From the IMG/VR virus record IMGVR_UViG_3300029288_000067, positions 160,067-224,066 of that record: a stretch of 64,000 nt of DNA; one strand, 5' to 3'. Below the pieces are notes generated by a model, which made no database searches, was not told where the DNA came from, and worked only from the letters and a program-made list of their open reading frames with translations. Below are positions 57,985 through 64,000 of this stretch, piece after piece. The position numbers and the translations under genes were made by a program. This DNA is from a virus (taxonomy: Duplodnaviria; Caudoviricetes). Numbering within the stretch: the stretch's first letter is position 1; every line of letters starts with the position of its first letter.

Positions 57985-58230
57985 ATGAAAAAATATTCTG
58001 TCCGGTTCGAACATCCTTATGTGGGTAACAAAGGTGAATGTGCTTTTGTCTGTGTTCTTGCAGAAAATGAGCGGGATGCAATTGCACAATCTAAGGTTTT
58101 GTTGAAAAAGGAAATAAAAGAATCCAATTGTAAGGAATACCCCGTAAAAGATTCCTATTTTCATGCCTATCCGGATAGAAATGGGGTTGTCGGGGAAAAG
58201 AAAGTGTATGATGGAGATGAGCGATTGTAG
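57985..58230 (+). CDS. hypothetical protein
   Basis: 81 aa between tRNAs, AAGGTG RBS. Confidence 0.6.
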   Translation: MKKYSVRFEHPYVGNKGECAFVCVLAENERDAIAQSKVLLKKEIKESNCKEYPVKDSYFHAYPDRNGVVGEKKVYDGDERL

Positions 58231-58235
58231 TGTTT

Positions 58236-58308
58236 CGGGCGATTGTACAGTTGGTAGTACGCCACTCTGATATGGTGGAGGTCGGCGGTTCGATTCCGCC
58301 TCGCCCGA
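58236..58308 (+). tRNA. tRNA-Ile(GAT)
   Basis: Cloverleaf, loop CTGATAT. Confidence 0.9.
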
Positions 58309-58390
58309 TTGTACGTTCAGATTTTCAGAATGTTCGCGGATGTTGAACAAGAGGAAAATCTGAACGCAGGCTCTACGAAAGGGTTTCTAA

Positions 58391-58476
58391 GGAAGGTTGG
58401 CAGAAAGGCTATTGCACCAGTCTTGAAAACTGGAAATCCTGCAAAGGGTTTGTGGGTTCGAGTCCCACACCTTCCT
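58391..58476 (+). tRNA. tRNA-Ser(TGA)
   Basis: Class II, loop CTTGAAA, U73. Confidence 0.88.
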
Positions 58477-58492
58477 CTGAGAAAGGATTGAT

Positions 58493-58681
58493 ATGGGGAA
58501 TACAAAAGAAGTGAATGAAGCTCTTATCCGGGTGCTTGACAAGATGAAGAAAGATCCGGATCTGAAGAAGAAGTTTGATGAGCATAAACCGGGGTGGATT
58601 TACTGGTCTCTTTTGGATTCAGGGGCTTTTCCCGATGAAGATGAACAGATTCCCGGGCAGAATATTAAGAAACTAAAATAA
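58493..58681 (+). CDS. hypothetical protein
   Basis: 62 aa, AAGGA RBS. Confidence 0.6.
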   Translation: MGNTKEVNEALIRVLDKMKKDPDLKKKFDEHKPGWIYWSLLDSGAFPDEDEQIPGQNIKKLK

Positions 58682-58748
58682 GACTTGCAAACAACATAAA
58701 AACGTGGTGTAATCTATGCACCACGTTTTTTATCTTTTGGGAGGAAAA

Positions 58749-60020
58749 TTGATTTCACTTCCTTTAAAACACAGACCACAAAGGTTTGAGGATTTAATAG
58801 GGCAACCTTTGTTGGTGAGATATCTTAAGAGTATTTCTAAGAAGAAAATAGCAAAAAGTCTTATCTTCTTTGGGGGTTATGGGTGTGGGAAAACATCTTC
58901 GGCAAGGATATATGCGAAGAGCTTGAATTGTTTGTCCCCTGTAGATGGTTCCCCCTGCTTCATTTGTGACTCCTGCAAGGAGAATTTAACCCTTGAGGTG
59001 GATGCATCTACCGCAGGGGCAAAGGAAAATCTTTTGGCATTGTTGGAGGTTGCAAAGAATCCTCCGTTGCTGGGTCAATACCGGGTGATTATTCTTGATG
59101 AAGTGCAGAATATGAGTAAAGCCGCGTGGGACTCTTTGTTGAAGCCTATTGAAGAACCCAAGCCTTTTCAAGTCTTTATTCTTTGTACAACCGAGGTAGA
59201 AAAAATTCGACCTTCTATCAGATCCCGCTGTCAACAATTAGAGGTCAAGAATTTGTCGGATACTTCCAGTATGGACTATTTGCAAGATATTTGCAAAAAA
59301 GAGGGGCTGCAATATGAGGAAACCGCTCTTTCCATTATTACTCATTTCTCAAAAGGATCTTTGCGGGATTTGATTAATTACTTGGAACAGGTTTCATACA
59401 TGGGTGATATTACTGTTGAAAATACCTCGGTTATCTTCAATTTAGGATTTTTAACCCCCCTGTTTACAACCTTTGCATCCTTGTTTACCCTGGGGACAAA
59501 AACTTTCCGGCAACAAATACAGAGCTTCGGGGAATCTCCCAAGAAAATTGCAGAATTTTTGAAACAACTCTCATTATTTTTGTTGTATCGAAATGTAAGA
59601 AATGATAGCAGTGTTGAAACAAATCCGGCATTCGCTCTTATTCCAGAGCAAGACCTAAGAAATATGTGGAAATTGGTCCAAGGTGTTTTTGGGGTTAATT
59701 GTGAACAGAAATACAGTGACTTTTTGAATAAAGTAAATGCAATGCAAGATTCCTCCCTTATTTCTTTGGAAATTGCTCTTTTGGATTTACATGATTTCTT
59801 ACATAGGGCTACGATTACAACAACTGGAACAATCTCCCCCACGGAAGAAAATAAAACCCCGGCAAAAAAACCTCGCAGACAATTTTTGCATCTCCCAACA
59901 AATGGAGTAGTTAAGGAAGTTCCCCCGATTACCGTAGAAGAAAAAACAATTGCACAACAAATGCTTGATTCCGGCCTTGTAACAGAGTTGGATCAATCCG
60001 GCATTGTTATCAAGGAGTAA
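58749..60020 (+). CDS. dnaX: DNA polymerase III gamma/tau clamp-loader subunit
   Basis: KHRPQRFEDLIGQ, GGYGCGKTS, Zn Cys, LDEVQNMS, LLKPIEEP, SRC, GSLRD; probable TTG start after GGAGG. Confidence 0.92.
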   Translation: MISLPLKHRPQRFEDLIGQPLLVRYLKSISKKKIAKSLIFFGGYGCGKTSSARIYAKSLNCLSPVDGSPCFICDSCKENLTLEVDASTAGAKENLLALLEVAKNPPLLGQYRVIILDEVQNMSKAAWDSLLKPIEEPKPFQVFILCTTEVEKIRPSIRSRCQQLEVKNLSDTSSMDYLQDICKKEGLQYEETALSIITHFSKGSLRDLINYLEQVSYMGDITVENTSVIFNLGFLTPLFTTFASLFTLGTKTFRQQIQSFGESPKKIAEFLKQLSLFLLYRNVRNDSSVETNPAFALIPEQDLRNMWKLVQGVFGVNCEQKYSDFLNKVNAMQDSSLISLEIALLDLHDFLHRATITTTGTISPTEENKTPAKKPRRQFLHLPTNGVVKEVPPITVEEKTIAQQMLDSGLVTELDQSGIVIKE

Positions 60021-60023
60021 AGT

Positions 60024-61406
60024 ATGTTGGAAAAATCCACACAATACCGTTTTATTTATGTCAATATTTCTTTCAAGAACAACCAGAAATTCATAAAGTC
60101 CTTGGAAAAAAGTTTCTCGGTGGAAATACCTTATGCTTACCTGGAATTGAATTCTGAGTTGAAAGAATCCCTGGATTCCTATTTCTATATTGTGGACACC
60201 CCCGAATTTATCACAATATTCAAGAAGATTTGTTCAAAGTACCCGAAAGCATCCTTTTCGGTTCTCGGGAAGATTCGGGGCGGGGATATTCTTCGTTTCT
60301 TGAACTTGTGCAAAGAAGAAAACACGGTCTTTTTTAAGCCCGGGGATTTTGTTCAATTAATGGCCGGGGAGTTCAAAGGGTTGATTGGAAAGGTGAAAGA
60401 TCTACAGAGGGACACAGTAACCATGGAATATCAATTGTTGAAAGAATCTCACTGCAGAACATTTCCGTTGTCAGATATTATTTCTTATTCTGGGCAAGAA
60501 ATTGTTATTGAACAATTTAAGGATATGGAGAAACAATATCTCGATAAAGGTATTCGGCGAACCCTCTTGTTTGACGGAACAGATTGTTTACACCGGGGAA
60601 TAAAAACAAACAATACAAAGTACAATGGGGATAAATTGTTCATTGGCGGTATTTTCAGCTTCTACTTCAATTTATTGAAAATGAAAGAACTTTACCCAGA
60701 ATATGACATCATTGTTGTTTTTGACAATGATCCTTTAGAAGGTCGATCCGAGTTGTACAAAAAAGCTTTTCAACTGAATATGAAAGAATGCAAAGAGCTT
60801 GTGAACAATATTGGATATAAGACTGCCGTGGGATCCGCAAAAGACATTATTTTTTCCATCTGCCAAAAGGATAAGGGTGAATCGGACAATATCCTTATTT
60901 ACTCATCCAATCCAACCTATCAATCTCTCGTATCCAATATTGTGCATGTTTTATTCCCCAAGACAACTTTTCGGGGAAATTCTTTTTTACGGACCCCTGA
61001 AACAGTAAAAGCTCTTTGGTCTGTAAATGATGTGCCCAAGGTGGCTTGGGTGCTTGCAATTATGGGGTGTCAGAATATCCTTGGAATAAATGATTTCAAC
61101 AGAAATATGAAAAAATCTGATGTGAAGAAGATTAAAGAAGCAGATTTCTTGCCGGAATTAATAAATGCAAATACCTCAATAGAATTTGCAACAACATTGG
61201 TATTTAAGCCAGATTTCAGTCAGTTTGTTGCGGAACACTTTTATAACAATCTCCAAAAATTACTCTTCAAAGAGATCCCAATCAATCTTTCACCCAAAGG
61301 GGATTTCAAAGAAAAGGAAATGATTGATCAATTGGAGAGATTACAACTATACAAAGAAGTGGAATTAATCGAAAGATCCAAAAGAATATTCAAGGGGATG
61401 TGGTGA
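60024..61406 (+). CDS. NusG-like (KOW) domain fused to a degenerate 5'-3' exonuclease domain
   Basis: FKPGDFVQLMAGEFKGLIGKV KOW motif; LLFDG...HR...VVFD PIN/FEN-like N-domain. Confidence 0.7.
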   Translation: MLEKSTQYRFIYVNISFKNNQKFIKSLEKSFSVEIPYAYLELNSELKESLDSYFYIVDTPEFITIFKKICSKYPKASFSVLGKIRGGDILRFLNLCKEENTVFFKPGDFVQLMAGEFKGLIGKVKDLQRDTVTMEYQLLKESHCRTFPLSDIISYSGQEIVIEQFKDMEKQYLDKGIRRTLLFDGTDCLHRGIKTNNTKYNGDKLFIGGIFSFYFNLLKMKELYPEYDIIVVFDNDPLEGRSELYKKAFQLNMKECKELVNNIGYKTAVGSAKDIIFSICQKDKGESDNILIYSSNPTYQSLVSNIVHVLFPKTTFRGNSFLRTPETVKALWSVNDVPKVAWVLAIMGCQNILGINDFNRNMKKSDVKKIKEADFLPELINANTSIEFATTLVFKPDFSQFVAEHFYNNLQKLLFKEIPINLSPKGDFKEKEMIDQLERLQLYKEVELIERSKRIFKGMW

Positions 61407-61407
61407 T

Positions 61408-62049
61408 ATGGATTCTTCATTTGATCATAAGCCGGAATTTTTCTCCCTCATAGCAAAAAACTCAAATCAACAAAATCAGAAAAACTATATTAAAAATATT
61501 ATTCGAGATTCTTTTGAGTTTGTTGCCAGATACCTTAATTTCCTTCCACCAATCGATCAAGATATTGCCCGACTGTATTATGTCGATGGTCTATCCCAGG
61601 ACCAAATAAAAAAGCTTTTTGGTGTTTGTCAGGCAGCAATTTCCCGAAGAGTTAAGTTTATTTTTGTAAGAATAAAGTTTCTGTTGAAAATGCCCTCCCT
61701 CAACCCAATCCAGGTTCGGGAAGATTTACAAGCCTTGTTCGAGGATGATCTTTTTGAATTTGCTTACTTCTTTTATTGGGAGTTGGCACAAAACCGGGTG
61801 AAATATTATATCGAGACCTCACAATCCGGGGCGGCAAATAAGTTGATAAAGATTATTGCATATCTGAAACAGTTACGGGACACCCCAGACACCGGGGATA
61901 GTGTCCTTGAGAGGAAAAAATATTTGGCTCTTGTTTATTTGGATTACTTTGAGTTTATTTATCGAAGATCCAATGTTATTACATGGGTTTTTAAAAAATC
62001 AGATAAGTATCGAAATCAGCCCGTTTTTGTGGGCGATCCCATAATTTAA
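61408..62049 (+). CDS. sigma-70 region-4-like HTH protein
   Basis: LPPIDQDIARLYYVDGLSQDQI..LFGVCQAAISRR. Confidence 0.75.
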   Translation: MDSSFDHKPEFFSLIAKNSNQQNQKNYIKNIIRDSFEFVARYLNFLPPIDQDIARLYYVDGLSQDQIKKLFGVCQAAISRRVKFIFVRIKFLLKMPSLNPIQVREDLQALFEDDLFEFAYFFYWELAQNRVKYYIETSQSGAANKLIKIIAYLKQLRDTPDTGDSVLERKKYLALVYLDYFEFIYRRSNVITWVFKKSDKYRNQPVFVGDPII

Positions 62050-62060
62050 AAGGAATACAT

Positions 62061-62267
62061 ATGAAACTTTCAACTAGGTTATTTCATGAAGCTCGTTTTA
62101 TGGTGGCAGAGGTGTTTTGTCCTAATGGGTGTAAAAATGATTGGAAGAAAGAAAAAGAGGGATATGTTTGCACAACTTGTAAATGCAATTATATTGTTTG
62201 TGCAGATTGTGACCCCAATTTGAAACGTGCCGATGGAACAATATCAATCATTGAAATAGAAGATTGA
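62061..62267 (+). CDS. small Zn-ribbon protein
   Basis: CPNGC...CTTC.C...CADC. Confidence 0.6.
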   Translation: MKLSTRLFHEARFMVAEVFCPNGCKNDWKKEKEGYVCTTCKCNYIVCADCDPNLKRADGTISIIEIED

Positions 62268-62349
62268 TTTTCCTGATAAGAAAGTGTTGGATGAAACAAT
62301 ATTGAAATTATTTCTTTTTTGATATGAATTTCTATAAAGGAAAAAAGGT

Positions 62350-62805
62350 ATGGCAATTGTAAAATATTTTACGGAAATGAAAACTGCTGCCCCGGAAACT
62401 CCTGCGGCTCCTCCCGCACCTCCGGCAGCACCAGATAAAGGACCTGCCGGGGATGTTCCTCCTCCCCCACCGATGCCCGAGGGTAGTGAGATGGATGCTC
62501 CCCCAGAAGAAAATCCTGCAACAAAAGAAGTAGAGAAAGCCAATCCTGAAAAGGATGCTGTGAAGTTTAAGCTTCAAGTAGAACAAAAAGCTTCTGAGCA
62601 GGGACATTCTGTTACTGTGTCTATTTCTTCTACAAACAAAACCATGTCCATTACCTTGAATGCCGAAGAAGATATCATCACTCAAAAAGATGCTATCAAA
62701 TTGGCAGTAACTGTTGATGACTTGGATCCTAATTGGCGTTTGATGGATGAGCCCCTGCAGAAGGCTGGACCTTCTTGGGCCATTCGGATGACGAGAAACA
62801 AATAA
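62350..62805 (+). CDS. Pro-rich hypothetical (possible virion) protein
   Basis: MAIVKYFTEMKTAA followed by a Pro/Ala linker. Confidence 0.7.
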   Translation: MAIVKYFTEMKTAAPETPAAPPAPPAAPDKGPAGDVPPPPPMPEGSEMDAPPEENPATKEVEKANPEKDAVKFKLQVEQKASEQGHSVTVSISSTNKTMSITLNAEEDIITQKDAIKLAVTVDDLDPNWRLMDEPLQKAGPSWAIRMTRNK

Positions 62806-62813
62806 GGGGCATT

Positions 62814-63203
62814 ATGTCACAAGATTTATTTGAATCATCTGTGTTCAATAAATTGAACAACTGTATCCGAAAAGTTAAAAGAGTTGCCTATTCGGATGAA
62901 AAATTTTCTTCTGAGATTGTTTCAAATGTCTTGAAATTTGATGCTCTGAAAAAGAAAGATCCGAAGGCTAAGATTTTCCAAACCATGGATGGAACCTACG
63001 ATATAAGATTGTCTCGTCCTCATATTGCATTTGATTTTTCAACATTAATGCAAGAAGATAATCAAGACGTGGATCTAATGTTTACAGATGATCTGTTGGA
63101 GTTCGAGCCGGAAGATGAAATGATTCATAAAAGCAAAATCCCTTTGTGGGTCATTTGCCCTCTTGAGGGTGGCAATAGAGTTTTAATTAAACGAGCATGG
63201 TAA
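62814..63203 (+). CDS. hypothetical protein
   Basis: Start trimmed to MSQDLF after AAGGGG. Confidence 0.65.
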   Translation: MSQDLFESSVFNKLNNCIRKVKRVAYSDEKFSSEIVSNVLKFDALKKKDPKAKIFQTMDGTYDIRLSRPHIAFDFSTLMQEDNQDVDLMFTDDLLEFEPEDEMIHKSKIPLWVICPLEGGNRVLIKRAW

Positions 63204-63213
63204 AGGTAACAAT

Positions 63214-64000
63214 ATGAGCAATAATGAACAGTTTAACTTTGATAACGTTTCCTTTGATCCTGTCGATATGGATGAATTGGAAGTAACACATCTCACGGAT
63301 GATGGGGATATTGATCTAAATTTAAATGAATTAAACGATCATAATGATATCCCTGTAAGTGTTCATATTGCTCCTAAATCTGCGGAACAGTTGGCGGAAG
63401 CAGTTGAGGATGTTGTGTTGTCTCTTTTGGAATCCGAGGAGAAACCAACCCTTCTGCTGATTACTGGGGAAAGACCAGATCTTAATATTGATATTGATGA
63501 AAAGGTCCATTCCAGTTTTGTTTCAGAATACACCCAAGCTTGTATGTTCAATCCGGCAATCAAATGGTATGCGAAATTGGCAAACATTTTACAGAGTGGG
63601 CAGTTTGGAGTAAAAGATGGGCAGTTGTTCATCAATATTCCAAAATCTGTTTTGGAAAAAATGGTCCTCCCATTTTCTGGGGATTTTGATCGTAAATTTT
63701 ATGAAACCTCTCCCATTGTTCACCTTGTTTTGGATTGTCTTGAAAATCACTCTTCTAAAAAATTGAGTGCCTCCAAAGAAAAATTCACTCAAGAAAAATC
63801 CCGAGAATTTGATACGGATGGATTGGATCTTTCAATGTCTGATTTGGACAACATGTGGGATACTGATGATGTTGCGGCTGCTGGCAATATGCGAGTAGAG
63901 GATAACAACAGTCTCAATCAAACCGAAATCAAAGAAGTCACTGCAAGTTTAAGATTTGCGGATCTGTCCAACAAAGCTATTGCAGACTATTTGTTGGCCA
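63214..64000 (+). CDS. acidic hypothetical protein, truncated by the window end
   Basis: Manual translation MSNNEQFNFDNV...; the frame appears open to the end of the window. Confidence 0.7.
   Translation, partial: MSNNEQFNFDNVSFDPVDMDELEVTHLTDDGDIDLNLNELNDHNDIPVSVHIAPKSAEQLAEAVEDVVLSLLESEEKPTLLLITGERPDLNIDIDEKVHSSFVSEYTQACMFNPAIKWYAKLANILQSGQFGVKDGQLFINIPKSVLEKMVLPFSGDFDRKFYETSPIVHLVLDCLENHSSKKLSASKEKFTQEKSREFDTDGLDLSMSDLDNMWDTDDVAAAGNMRVEDNNSLNQTEIKEVTASLRFADLSNKAIADYLLA

Overview
Fragment of a large (jumbo-like) tailed bacteriophage genome of about 36-38% GC by eye. The host is probably anaerobic, since the phage carries a class III RNR. Layout: (1) 1-9.5 kb, minus strand: nrdD/nrdG, an FmdB-type Zn ribbon, an HNH nuclease, a YkgJ-type Cys protein and membrane/spanin-like genes. 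(2) 9.5-10.5 kb: divergent non-coding gap holding five ~90-nt structured tandem repeats. (3) 10.5-39.4 kb, plus strand: virion module with portal, three small genes sharing an N-terminal leader, baseplate and many tail-fibre/adhesin genes. (4) 39.4-64 kb: SNF2 and DnaB-like helicases, a Ro60/TROVE gene, two tRNA operons (19 tRNAs, none with encoded CCA), DnaX/HolB/HolA-like clamp-loader genes, a NusG-KOW/pseudo-5'-3'-exonuclease fusion and a sigma-like HTH protein. Best candidate novel system: the TROVE gene is followed by nine non-coding RNAs interleaved with tRNAs. All nine share one covarying bulged-stem scaffold (ACTAC..AAGGGATTACA / AATCTCTT..TTTG) but carry different cargo domains: none, circularly permuted tRNAs broken at different places, or an intact-order tRNA-like domain ending in CCA. 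This looks like a modular phage Y-RNA array. Second candidate: a 33-codon leader ORF in front of tRNA operon 2 is built mostly from the amino acids whose tRNAs the operon encodes and overlaps a terminator-like structure, suggesting tRNA-sensing attenuation. All calls come from manual reading; no searches were run.
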